Assembly (NCBI RefSeq): GCF_004010195.1
Contig: NC_057711.1
Span: 75,519,163 to 75,583,162, forward strand
Direction of reading: 5' to 3'
DNA length: 64,000 nt
Source of the DNA: Chiloscyllium plagiosum
Lineage: Eukaryota
Below the pieces are notes generated by a model, which was given only the letters and a program-made list of their open reading frames with translations, did no database searches and was not told the origin of the DNA. Both the position numbers and the translations under genes were made by a program. Positions within the stretch are counted from its first letter, which is position 1. Every line of letters starts with the position of its first letter. Of this stretch, positions 40,438 through 52,960 are shown piece by piece.

Positions 40438-43400
40438 ATAAACAATAACCAGACCATCTATCACTACAGGTGTACAAAATCTCTTAAGGCTGTAATGGTT
40501 AAAATTGTTTTTGTGGCTAGATTTTATGCATAAGTGACATAGTTGTCTTGTTAATGACAATCACTGTTGGATGCAGTTATTGCACTGTTTCCCACTCAGG
40601 GACTTTGGTCGTCAGAGGAAAGGTTTGGAATGCACAACTCTTGAGGTGAAAAATATCCCTGGACAAGGCCTTCAGTTCTGAGAGACATCAGGAAGATGGG
40701 CCAGATTTTAGGATACATTATATTATTTTGCACAACGGAAATCCTTCAAAATAATTGAATGTATCTTAAAAGATTTAAACAAAAAAAAGACAGTTAGAAA
40801 GTCAAAATAAAAAGGGGATAAAACAGACAATCTGAATGATAGGTTAATGCTTCAGTTGGAATTAATCATGAATAATATCAATCTAACTTCCCTTTTTGAT
40901 CCTTCTTGACACGTTAATATTATTTCAAAATGAAAAGTTACAGAAGCATTAACATGGAAGGGTTGATTTTCATTACGTGTTGTCCCAACAAATGCTCACT
41001 CAATTGTTCAATTGCTGGTAAGCCCAGCAAGAACCCGGGACATTAGTTATTCTATTACTCCTCAGCCATGAGCAATAGCAGTTGTATGGTGACTGTTTAA
41101 TATGATCTATCGATCAGGGTTATGCCTGATGAGGTCAGTGTTCATAATTCATACTCTACCATTTTAGTTCAGAAACTTACCAGTCTCTTGATTGAGGAAA
41201 ATTCCATCAAATTGGCTTTTAGGAATTTGCTAGTTGATATAATTTGACCTGAGTTGTTCAGGCTGCATCAGGGAGAAAAGTAGATTCAACATTTGAAATG
41301 GATGATCTTGTCAGAAGTGTTGAAGTGTTATTAGAATATAGGAATGGATCTGATGAGGAGACCTTCAAAATATGCAAATTAATCCAAATTGGAAATAGTC
41401 AGAAATAATTTCAAACCCCCACCATCCCCCAATCCTATAGTTCACATTCCTTTGTGTAGCACAGAGAATAGGCAACATTTGAATTCTGTTCATGCCCGTG
41501 TATGCATACACTGTGAATGGAAATATTTATATCCCACAACTGTTTAAGCTGGCAGTTAGGTGTCATGAACTTCCAATCATGTGTGAATTTTATAGGTTTT
41601 ATCTGATCAAATGGCAGGACCAATATTTGATTAGTTGGCTCATGAAGTGTAAACTACACTGCCACACTGCATTCTGAACCTTTTTCATACAGTGCAATGT
41701 GTCTATGTTTAAAAAAAAGGCAATTGAAAGGGTGCAGTAACTTAATTCATTGACCATAATTTGTTCATGCCCTTATCAGAATCTGAATCAAACCAATTCT
41801 AATTTTATATGCAATCTTATTGATTTTGGCATGATACAGTTGAAATAACCTGTTTCCAAATCTTGCAGTGACTGCAAAGAAGGATTTCCTATGTGCAAAC
41901 TAAAATTTAGCAAATAACATTTGTCGTATGTTCTATTGTCTTGTGTGTGACAAACAAAAAAGGCTTCTATTGAAGTTTAGAATTCCAATCATACACTAGA
42001 TACAGTAAGCAATAATCTAAGGCATTTGTTTGGTGAAAATATCTGCCATGTAATTGTAGAAAACACAAGGTTTGCTTTGCATGCTTTGCATATCTTTATA
42101 ATGTACTAAAATTCTGGTCCTTGTTTTCTATATATTTGTCCAATCTGTATTTGATAAAGCTGTAGCATCAAGTTGCTGTTGTGATTCTCTATCCACTCTG
42201 TTAATAGATTCTATAAGAATACAGGCCATGAGTTCAAATTGGCACCTGGCTTTATAATTTTCTGATAAACAAAGACTCATTTTCTGAATAAATAAGAGGC
42301 AGGATGAGATAAATTAATGCAATTGCCTCTCCTGTGATCAACATTTTTTATAAGAGAGATCTAATTGTAATTAGAATATTGTGGGCTTTATCAGGATTTT
42401 TTTTTCAACAAATGACAAACAAATCCACTGACAGGACAGTCCATCTTAACTTATAGCTCCCAAAGAGTTGAAAATGAATGTTATTAATAAATATGCAAAG
42501 GATTTGGGAAATCAGTAAAAATTATGAGTAAGCTGGCAGTTGTTTCTCAGTCCTTTGAGGTTCAGGCTGCATAAACTTACAACTTCTCACAACGTTCACC
42601 CCAGTGCTGAGAATCCTTTTACTTTTTATGAATGAACAATATAATTCTGGAGTTGGCTGCATGTCCTCTATCTTGAGTGCCATAAATCACGCTAATAAAG
42701 ATGTCTGAGAGGTATGGAATGTTTTTCGCACAAATGTAATAGACAAAAGGAATGGGCAGTCTCAGGTGCCGTTATGTTCTTAAAGTGAGTTTTTCAAGTT
42801 TCTACTGTTCATGCCCCAAAAACAGTGGATCATAGAATTTCACTGATCTGTCCATTACCTGTTCATTGTTGCACTTGAAAAATCACATTTCATTGATGTG
42901 CTGTGCTAAATGAACATGCTGAATATGCCTATGAGGTGGCTGTATTTGGATGAAATAAAATAAAATCATATCATTTCAGAAATTTTCATTTTCAGTTACA
43001 ATGTTTTACGATCTCTTCTGATTTCCATGACTATTGCATCATACTTACTCATTTCTGAATGACTATGGCAGCACATCAGTACCATTCCTTGATTAAAACT
43101 GGATTGTAGATTTTACATTTTACTGAAATTTATATTCAACTATTAGCATTTTATTTTCTATTTTACTGAATTGTAACCCTGTTAACAGCCTTCAAAACAT
43201 GAATATTTGTAATGATTAATAAGAAGTAGTGTTTAAATAAACTGGATATTGATTGTAATGGTATGATTCTACATTAACTATTACAGAATAGATAGGAATA
43301 TAAACTATTAAAATTAAACAGAATTCATGTTCCATTTTGAAAATAGCTAAATTGTTAATCTTCTAAAATCATTTACAATATTACAATCCATGGATACTTT

Positions 43401-45553
43401 GGGTTTCTTATGGCAGCTGAACTGTGTTAATATTAAAAACTGAATCACATCATAGAACCTGCTAAAGAAAATTGAGACAATCGGAAAAGGCTCACTAGTT
43501 TAACTAAAGTAATATTTTCCTACACTTCAGCTATGCTAGTGACATTGCACTATGGGCCTTTGAACTTTGAACTTTATCTAGGCTTCTCAATAAGAATAAA
43601 GAGAAAGGATAGCAACATTTTAATATACAGAGAAAAATGACTGCCGACAAATCAGGAAAGTTCATTTAACTTATCCTTGCCATAACTCTTAAAGGTTAAT
43701 GAGAATGAGTTGGAAGGAGTCTGAAGAGTTTGTATTCAAAGCCTTTGCTACAGAGGTTTCCTAATGCACTGGGGGGGGGGGGGGGAGGGGGGAGGCACCA
43801 TAAGAGTTCAGTCTTCTGTTTTCTTGTATATATTACAAAAAAAACTTATGTTTGTTCTGTTAAGTAAACTGCAAATACTTAAAAGTTTTAAGTTACCTTG
43901 TATTTGAAAATATTGGCATTTTGAATTCTGTAAGCAGAATAGTTTAACAATAGTAGAAGTCTTCTTAATGCACATTAAATATTTCTGAATGTTTACTGTA
44001 AATGACAATCTATGTTTATGTTCCTTTAATGAAGAATGAAGAATAAAGACAATAAAATGTATAATAAATCATTCTAAAACTATTTGTGTGTCTTTTTATA
44101 TGGAAAGTGCAAAATGTCTCGACAGTACCCAAAGCTCCAGGTTATCATTTAGCATAGAAAAACATGGGAACAAGGGTAAACTATTCAGCCCCTAGAGCTT
44201 GTTGCCCAATTGAGTGAGATCATGGCTGGATTCCAATCCCATCCATTTGCCTTGTTTCCATGGGTGAGTAATTGGGCTGGTTAACAACCCTATATCCAAA
44301 ATGGCATTTCCAATATGTATTTCTGGGGCCGATCATGCAGGCATGCTATATGCTTCATCATATGCCATAATTTTCACAGATGCAACAATGCATAACAGTA
44401 TTAGTAGGAGTAACATTGGTCTAGAAAGACTGAGTCACATATTCTCATTGAGGACACACTCCAATATGTTGTGTGGCATTATATACTAAATGGAGCAGAC
44501 TTTTGACAATCTAGCAACAGTATACAGAGCACAGTTACAACACTAGCATTTACCTTGCAAGTTTATGACAGCATTGTAGGAGAACAATCATTTGGTCAGA
44601 AATAGAAGATAAATAGCATCCCAGATGCTGACAATCAAATGCAGGATGAGCAGCTCAAATAATGGAGTGTCCCAGAAAATCTGGGGTAGTTGGTCACCCT
44701 GAGTTCTACTCCAATGATCATCTGTGCTCCACAAGAGTAAATACCTAACATTCAATCACTGCTATTGCACACACTTCCTTCCATACCTCTTAGTCTACCA
44801 TACACACTATTGTATGCAACATCTTGATTCATTCATTCTCACCTACCCAGACGACTAATCCTGCATGTTGGGGTATGCGCTCAGACCAACAACGCATCAC
44901 TGCAGCCAATGGTTCTCAGCAGCAACTGTAAAGCAAGAAGGAGAGGAAGGACCTGTGCCTCACTCCAATGTCCCTTCTTCAAAAGGAGGCATGGCAGTGC
45001 CAGTAGGTAATCAGCTGGATGAGGAAACGCATAAAGGGCCAACCAAAAACCCTACCTTCCACTTTCACCTGCCCTCAGCTCAGTGGGAGTTCAAACTGCT
45101 TTGGGCAGGACATTCTCAGCATTCCTGGGCCCTGTAAACAGAAACACCCCAGGGTCACCCAATCAAATCTTCAAGGCCAATGAGCTCTATTGCAGGGACG
45201 TTCACTCCATCTTGCCAGCGAAGCCTGAAACTGCAGAGATGTAGTGGGAGGGAAAGGAAGAAGACCTTCTGAGGGCACAGTTTGTCATAAATACACTCTC
45301 ACATTTCCACTTCTGTCACACACTTGTTGATTGGATAATGAAGGAAGGAAACAGCAGTCACACTTCCCAGATTAAATCACAGGTCCAGCCTCTTAAGTCT
45401 AAATGACTCCCCCACCAAACCATTGAAACCCGCTGTGAATTTCATTGTTTGTTTATTTATTTTTCTTACATGGAACTCAATGTCTGGAGATAGTTGAAAC
45501 TACAGAGCAGAGGAGTCAGCTGTGAAAGTTCACTGCCTGGTCAGACAGCTGTA

Positions 45554-45768
45554 TAGGTTGTTCTGCTATAAAACACATGTTGTTAATGCGAATTCACTGT
45601 AACGTGATTGATGAATTGGGGACACTTTCTAAAGCGCAAACTTTTACAATGTGTTGATTATAATGCGATTACTTCATCAACACTATAAGCATTGTTTCTA
45701 AAGTGTGATTTTTCTGTAATGCTGGGTTGCACAAGAATGCAACCATTGCATTATAGAAGAACTACCTG
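45554..45768. mobile_element. Tc1/mariner-pogo type MITE
   Basis: Imperfect TIRs (t/c)aggt(t/a)gttct(g/t)ctataa; TA dinucleotide on both sides. Confidence 0.75.
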
Positions 45769-46829
45769 TACAAGTTCACTGCTTGTTTTCACCTCCCATG
45801 TGGTCCCTGCATCTTCTCTTGTTTTATCGTATCATTGTTTGATCTTTTTTTCCAAAGTTTCAAAACAATGTAACAGCTTATAAAACAGTAATTACTACTT
45901 GCTCCAAGCAATCAAGGAAATCAGCTCTAACCCTTAAAACACTTTAAAACAAGAGAGAGCTCTTCCAGCACAATTTTCTCCTGTCCTTCATCTTGGATTA
46001 CCCAGAACCCATTTCTTGTACTAGTTGCTTCATATTTCAGTAGAAGCATCCATCTGAACTCTGTATAAGCAGTGACACATTCTACTCAATTGTGCACCTG
46101 TTAGCATATGAGGAATTGACTGTCACTCAACACGTGCTTGCATTAACTTTACTTATGTATTAAATATATAAACTGCATGAGGCTGGGTGTGTTGCTGAAG
46201 GTGCAGAGGGTGATGTTAATCTATGCATTTTAATTCCTTTTAAGCATTCCCTGGTAGTCATCCACAACCGATTGGCATATTTTGCCATTTCAGAGGCCAG
46301 TTAAGCATGAATCAATTTGCTGTACATCTGAAGACAGATATTATTTGTTAACTGGACCATGTGGGGATGGTAGATTTTCCTCTCTAAAAAGACTATGGGA
46401 AACCAGCTTGATTTTGACAACAATTGACCATGTTTGCCTTGATCTTTAAATGCAACTGCTTCCTCAGTATTTCCTGTGGAAAAATGTACAGATATGCTGT
46501 CCGTTAAAGACAGTGAATTCTTGTCTCATCTCTGGTTACAGCACCAAGGAAACCCTTCTGTTCCCTTCTCCATCTTGTTTAACTTGCAGCTCGCTAGTGA
46601 GATTCTCATCTTTCCATTCAACACTTGACTGAGAATAGGAGATTTTCTGTGATATTGAAAACCTAATTACTGCCAATCTTAGCCCATTCTTCCAACTTTC
46701 TTGTCAATGCCCACATCAATCAGGAGCTTCCCTCTGGAATCTGAAGGAGCAGATCACCTCATACCATTTTTCTTGACTTTCTCAGAGCATGATCTGGTTT
46801 CCTTTAGAAAGCCTCAACTGAACTTGTCT

Positions 46830-48130
46830 CCAAAACACTTCCAGACAGTGAATTCCAGATCTTAACCTCCTTATGTTGTTATTTCTTCTTTTGGCATTTA
46901 TCCTTAAATTTGTATCTCCTAGCTCTTGATCATTCTACAGGAAGTGTCTCATCATCTGCTCTGTCCAGACCCCTCATGATGTTGAATACATTTATCAAAC
47001 CTCATCTTAAGTTTTTTTTTCTCTCCAAACCGACACAAATTCCTAAATTCTGGAACCATCCCTGTGAATCTTTTCTGCACCATTTCTCAAGTCTTCAAAT
47101 CCTTCCTGAAGTGTGGTGCCCAGAACTGAACACAGTACTGAACACAATGGGGAAGATCCAGCATTTTCTACAAATTTAACACATTTTCATTGCTTTTATA
47201 CCCAATATTCCTTTTAATAAAAACTGAGATGTCATATACTTTCTTAACCATTCTCTTAACTAATCTACCTTCAAGGATTTATATATATCCAGGTTCCTCT
47301 GCTCCTGCATCCCCTTTAGAATTGTAGCCTTTATTTCTATTAACTTTCCACATTCTTCCTACCAAAATGAATCATTTCTCTGCGTTAAGTATGATCTTTC
47401 TATTTGACACCCATTCAAACAAATTGTCTATGCTGTTCTGAAGATTGACATCATAGTTTCCAATACTTCCAAGTTTCATATAATCTTTATTAAAAATGGT
47501 GCTCTCTGTAGCTATTCTGGATAATTAATACATATCAACACTGAACTTGGGGAGATCCACTACATGTATTCCTTCATTTCAAAAAAACTATTCATCACTA
47601 CTATTTGTTTATGTCACTCAATTTTATAGGTGTGTTGATACTGTCTCTTTTATGACATGAGCTCTAGTTTCTCTCACAAGGCATATCTTTAGCATTTTAT
47701 CAAATACATTTTGGAAGTCTATATCAATCACTTCAACAGCATTACCCTCATCAACCCTTTCTGTTACTTTCAACAACATTTGCAATTCTTTTGACCTCTA
47801 GCACCATCCCCCCGTCTCAGGAAGATTGGAAAATTAGGGACAGGGCATCCATTGTTACCATTCATTTCCTTCAGTATTCTTAGATGCACAACCTTTGGTC
47901 TTTGTGCATCAATCAGCTTTAAGGAGAGGTAGCTTATCCAAAGCTTCCTCCTTACCAATGTTAAACTTTTCAAGTATTTGAAAGACCTCCTTATTCACCA
48001 TGATCTGTGCAGCATCTGCTACTTGGTAAAAACAGATGTAAAAATATTAATTTAACTCCTCAATTATGTCCCCACCTCCATGTGTAAATAGTTGTCAACT
48101 GAACACACATCTTCTCTTACCACAGTTTTG
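46830..48130 (-). mobile_element. Old CR1 LINE RT fragment
   Basis: gtggtgcccagaactgaacacagtact (rc YCVQFWAP) and HLRILKE remnants. Confidence 0.7.
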
Positions 48131-48154
48131 CTGTTTATATACCTAAGAAGAGGT

Positions 48155-48265
48155 GGGCTGTTGTGGTGCAGTGGTAGTGTCCCTACCTCTGAGCTAGGAG
48201 ACTTGGGTTCAAGTCCCACCTTTTCCAGAGGTGTGTAATAGCATCATTGAACAGATAGATTGTAA
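48155..48265 (+). mobile_element. Short tRNA-derived SINE
   Basis: tggtgcagtggtag (A box), gggttcaagtccc (B box); related copy near 9325-9385. Confidence 0.6.
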
Positions 48266-49119
48266 TATAACTCTGAAATGATTTATGTATAACAACCACA
48301 ACAATCTTCTATTGTGTAAAGTATGATTCAAACCTGTGGAGAGATTTTGCACAAACTCAATGACTTCAATTTTTCTATGGTTCCTTGGTAACATACTCAG
48401 TCAAATTATGTCCTGATCTCATGGCACATCACGTAATTAAACACTTAACCCACTTAGACTAAGGCTTACTGAAGTCTGGAGCAAATGGTCCTAGCCAAAT
48501 CCAAACTGAGCATCAGTGAACAGACTATTGCTGAGTAATACCTTTTTGATCATACTGTTGTCACTTTTATCACTTTGATGTCCAGAGTTCACTCATGGGA
48601 CAATTATTGGTAATTGACTGTGAGCATAGCCAGACCTGGAGACAGTATTGAGCACACACAGGAAACTGCAATCAGTTGCTGATAGGAAAGGCAAATCGAT
48701 AATAAGGAACCAAGAGAATTCTTGGCTGAAATTCAGGCTGCTGTTATACTTTCCTTCTTAAATATGAAACTGTATTAAATAAGGTCATTTATAAAGGAAA
48801 CAAAACAGCTGTAGCAGAATCTCTTTCTCCCAGGAGGTAATTTTCTGGGCATTATATTGTGGAAAAAGAAAATAATTTGTTTCACAATATAAATCACAAC
48901 TGAGTGCACATGAACATCAGCCAGATGTTGACTGTAATGGTCAAAGTTTCACAATATTCAGAATTAGAATAAGGATTAAAATTAAAATAAAAACATACAT
49001 TCAAGTGATGATCAAAATATTCAAAATTTGCAGTGTAGACACATGAGGTTGAGTGGCCAACTCTTATTTCTACTTCTTACGTCCTTCTTATGTTAACGTG
49101 TAGTGTCTTGTTAACTGAT

Positions 49120-50030
49120 TATAGAGTCATAGAGTCATACAGCATGGAACCAGACCCTTTGGTCCAACCAGTCCATGTCAACCATAATCCCAAACTAAAC
49201 TAGTCCCATCTGCCTGCACTTGGCCCACTTCCCTCCAAACATTTCTTATCCGTGTACTTATCCAAACGTCTTTTAAACATTGTAACTGCACCCACATCCA
49301 CTACTTCCTTTGGAAGTTCATTCCATACATGAATTACTGTCCATATAAAAAAGTTGCCCATCACATCTTTTTAAAATCTTTCTCTTTTCACTTTAAAAAT
49401 ATGCCCTTCTAATCTTGAAATATCCCACCCTAGGGAAAAGACATCTGCCATTCATTTTATCTATACCCCTCATGATTTTTAAAACCTCTATAAGGTCACC
49501 CCTCAACCTCCTATGTTCCAATGAAAAAGCTCCAACCTATCTAGCCTTTCTTTAGAACTCAAAATCTCTATTCCCATCAACATATTTCTGGTAAACCTTT
49601 TCTGAACACTCTCCAATTTAATATCTTCCCTATAACAGGGCAACCAGAACTGGACACAATATTTCAGAAGAGGCCTCACCAACTTCATATATAATCTCAA
49701 CATAATGTCCCAACTCCTATACATAAAGGTCTGAGCAATTAAGGCAAGTCTGCTAAATGCCTTAACCACCCTGTCTACCTGTGATGCAAACTTCAAAGAA
49801 TTATTGACCTGAACCTCTAGATTACTGTGTTCTACAACACTATCATAGGAGAAAGTGAGGACTGCATATGCTGGAGATCAGAGCTGAAAATGTGTTGCTG
49901 GAAAAGCGCAGCAGGTCAGGCAGCATCCAAGGAATGCCCGAAGCGTCGATTCTCCTGTTCCATGGATGCTGCCTCACCTACTGCGTTTTCCAGCAACACA
50001 TTTTCAACACTACCATAGGCCCTACTTTTA
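49120..50030 (-). mobile_element. HER1/CR1 LINE 3' portion
   Basis: ORF 49503-49796 (LVRPLLKYCVQFWLP); (atagagtc)n tail at 49120-49140. Confidence 0.88.
49850..50004. mobile_element. Fold-back PLE family 1 mini-insertion inside a HER1/CR1 copy
   Basis: Inverted arms; TSD CAACACTA(T/C)CATAGG at 49835-49849 and 50005-50019. Confidence 0.8.
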
Positions 50031-50503
50031 ATATCAAATTCTCATTTTTTTTCTAGTTATCAATGTCTAAGGGATTTCCAGCCATTTTTCAATATTTCAA
50101 GGCAAGTTATGAGGAAACATTAAACCATGTTAACTCATTCTGTAACAGAGAAGCCTACCAGTTTCCCTGTTGAGATTGTCACCAAGGTTTACAAGGTTTA
50201 CATTTCATTCAAAATTAATCTGAACAGTTGTTCATTAAGCATTTGATAAAATAGGTGCTGTGGTGGACTTCTTTGAATTGCAATGCTTGCAGATGTTTTT
50301 GAATATGAAACAAATCCAAAATTTAAGTATAAACATTACTGGCATGATACTAACAATGGCAGTTTCACAATTGCTGAATAGGTATTGAGTAATAGTTTGT
50401 ACTTTTGCAATATTATGTTAAACATTCCATGTGATTAGGCATTCTTCATTTCCATAAAGTAGGTTCTAGGTTTCTTCCTTGTGAAAAAATAGAAAGCCAA
50501 AAG

Positions 50504-50586
50504 TCACAGACTTGTCTTAGCAGTTGAATGATCATCTTCACCAGGAGGGTTTACTTTGCTTGGGTTATAAAAGTTTCTTCTCAGAT
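50504..50586 (-). CDS. TRPM6: TRPM6 last coding exon, (D)LRRNFYNPSKVNPPGEDDHSTAKTSL*
   Basis: On - strand tttctgtttacctgcAG|ATCTG; DLRRNxY matches DLKRNDY of TRPM6/7; TGA at 50506-50504. Confidence 0.88.
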
Positions 50587-50994
50587 CTGCAGGTAAACAG
50601 AAAGGATCTTATGAAGGGCTAAAAAAGCAAAATAGATGAATTACTCCACTTGTTTTGAGCAGTGACAGAATAAGTACATTGCTGAATATATTCTATCTTT
50701 TTCATAGATATATCAACAGCATTGTCCAGCCTAATACACTTTTGAAAAATTGCCCTAGAAAAACACTCCTTGAAAATGTAAATGGATTCACAATACCATT
50801 GCTCACCCATCAGAAGGTGACATTGTGAACTGTATGTTCTGTATGTTCTTCCTTTGTTCAAAACCAGGAAGATTTAAGAAGAGCTTCTTCTCCTCTGTTA
50901 TCAGACTTATGAACAGATCTCTCATATATGAAAGTTGATCTTTCTCTGCACCCTTCCTGCAGCTGAAACATTATATTCTGCATTCTGTTCCATT

Positions 50995-51346
50995 AGAATC
51001 ACAGAATCCTTACACTGTTGAAGTAAACCATTTAGCCTATCAGGTCCACATTGACCCTCTGAAAAGTATCCCACCTAGATCCACCCAATGCCTGTAACCC
51101 TGCATTTCCCATGGCTAATTCACCCAACCTGCACATTTTGGTCACTATGGGCAACTTAGAATGACTAGCCCACCTAACGTACACATCTTTTAACTGTGGA
51201 AGGCAACTGGACCACCCAGATAAAGTCCATGCAGACACGGGGAGAATGTGCAAACTCCACACAGAAGGTCACCTGATGGTGGAATCAAACCCAGGTCCCT
51301 GGATTTGTGAGGCAGCAGTGCAAACCACTGAGCCATCATGCCACCC
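50995..51346 (-). mobile_element. HE1-type V-SINE
   Basis: Reverse complement of the family pattern. Confidence 0.85.
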
Positions 51347-51581
51347 AAATTACCCCAATGTGCTTATGTAGGGTATGATCTATCTGGTTAGTAAAAGAAT
51401 ACTTCTCACTGTATCTCGCTACATGTGACAATAATGAATCAAATCAAATTAACCCAATCAAACAACAGGGAAAGCATTCATAGCCCTCCTTTCTTCTGCA
51501 ACCCAATCTCAGTCTTCTGTACCCAATTCCACCCATGCTAGATGCAAGTCTTCATTGTGAAATGCCCTATTATGAACTGAC

Positions 51582-51688
51582 CTGGTAGTTTTAGTTTTCT
51601 GCAGCAAGTGTTACAATGATGTTTTACTGTAAAGTTTCTGATTGCTTCTTCTCCTAGGTTAGCCGGTCCAAACACCATTTCTCGTGAT
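51582..51688 (-). CDS. TRPM6: TRPM6 alpha-kinase exon, [35 protein letters not shown](D)
   Basis: On - strand acttAG|ATCA...CCAG|GTcagt; 107 nt; GPANLG glycine-rich motif and HHCNxCC zinc-binding motif. Confidence 0.93.
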
Positions 51689-52335
51689 CTAAGTATCAAA
51701 CAAATGTGTGAAGATTTTGTTAAAGAAAATTACGTGTGTGGAAAATAATCAAAGAGATGTTATTCATATTTACTAAGCATGTTTTCAACTAGATTTATTG
51801 ATTCTTCAATAGTCTGCTGTATAAGCTATGCATTTCAAACCTTCTTCCAACATTCTGGAATTTAAGAACAAAGAACTTGAACCGCTGGGATATTTCTTGC
51901 AATTTCTCGTTATAACTTAAGTAGGAGATCAGCAGAACCCCCACAGAAATTGTATGAATTATTCAATTATCTGAAGGTCTGGGGGATAGGTAGAGGACAC
52001 TAGGTTTCATGGTGGGATTAGGTGGTGCTTTTGGTTTATGTGGGATGCTGTATTATTAATTTCCCAAACTATCATTTTCACAATGGACTGTCTCTCAAGT
52101 GAGCATTTTAATGACAACTTGCAATTGCTTATTGAATGGAAACATATGTTGACATAAGGGATTAAACACTTCAGGGCTAAGTACCAAAGTGAATGTTTGC
52201 TTTCATAAGGGGCTTGTTGGAGGGCATTGAATGCATTGGCGTTTTTGCATTATCCAAGAGAGTATGTTTTTTCAATAATGATATTATCAATAGACACTTG
52301 CAGCTTGTCTTCTGAAGTTTGCTCATGGTGAAGAC

Positions 52336-52960
52336 CACAGATTCACCTGCACCTCCACACATATCATCTATTGCATCCTCTGCACCCGATGTGGCCTCCT
52401 CTATATTGGGGAGACAGGCCGGCTACTTGCGGAGCGTTTCAGAGAACACCTCTGGGACACCCGGACCAACCAACCCAACCACCCTGTAGCTCAACATTTC
52501 AATTCCCCCTCCCACTCCACCAAGGATATGCAGGTCTTTGGACTCCTCCATCGTCAGACCACAACAAAACGACGGTTGGAGGAAGAACGCCTCATCTTCC
52601 GGCTAGGAACCCTCCAACCACAAGGGATGAACTCGGATTTCACCAGTTTCCTCATTTCCCCTCCCCCCACCCTGTCTCAGTCAAATCCATCAAATTCAGC
52701 ACCGCCTTCCTAACCTGAGATCTTCTTCCCGACCTCTCCGCCCCCACCCCAGTCTGACCTATCACCCTCACCTTGACCTCTTTCCACCTATCACATTTCC
52801 GACGCCCCTCTCCCAAGTCCCTCCTCCCTACCTTTTATCTTAGCCTGCTGGACAAACTTTCCCCATTCCTGAAGAAGGGCTTATGCCCGAAACGTCGATT
52901 CTCCTGTTCCCTGGATGCTGCCTGACCTGCTGCGCTTTTCCAGCAACACATTTCCAGCGC
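52336..52960 (+). mobile_element. 5'-truncated Penelope-like retroelement with open GIY-YIG endonuclease C-terminus (52336-52713)
   Basis: Open frame FTCTSTHIIYCILCTRCGLLYIGETGRLLAERFREH...VAQHFN...RRLEEERLIFRLGTLQPQGMN (IIY...CxxC...YIG, R and E motifs, GMN); hammerhead in the 3' part; candidate TSD TGAAGAC at 52329-52335 and 52961-52967. Confidence 0.9.
52867..52898 (+). ncRNA. Minimal hammerhead ribozyme (PLE family 1)
   Basis: Same motif as 144-175, ~155 nt downstream of the GIY-YIG ORF stop. Confidence 0.72.

Noticed and set aside
43771-43795. Poly-G tract (also 22409-22428) as a possible G-quadruplex
   Set aside because: Homopolymer expansions or sequencing artefacts; one lies inside a SINE.
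48155-48225. tRNA-like A and B boxes (also in all V-SINE heads)
   Set aside because: No complete cloverleaf; these are SINE heads, not tRNA genes.
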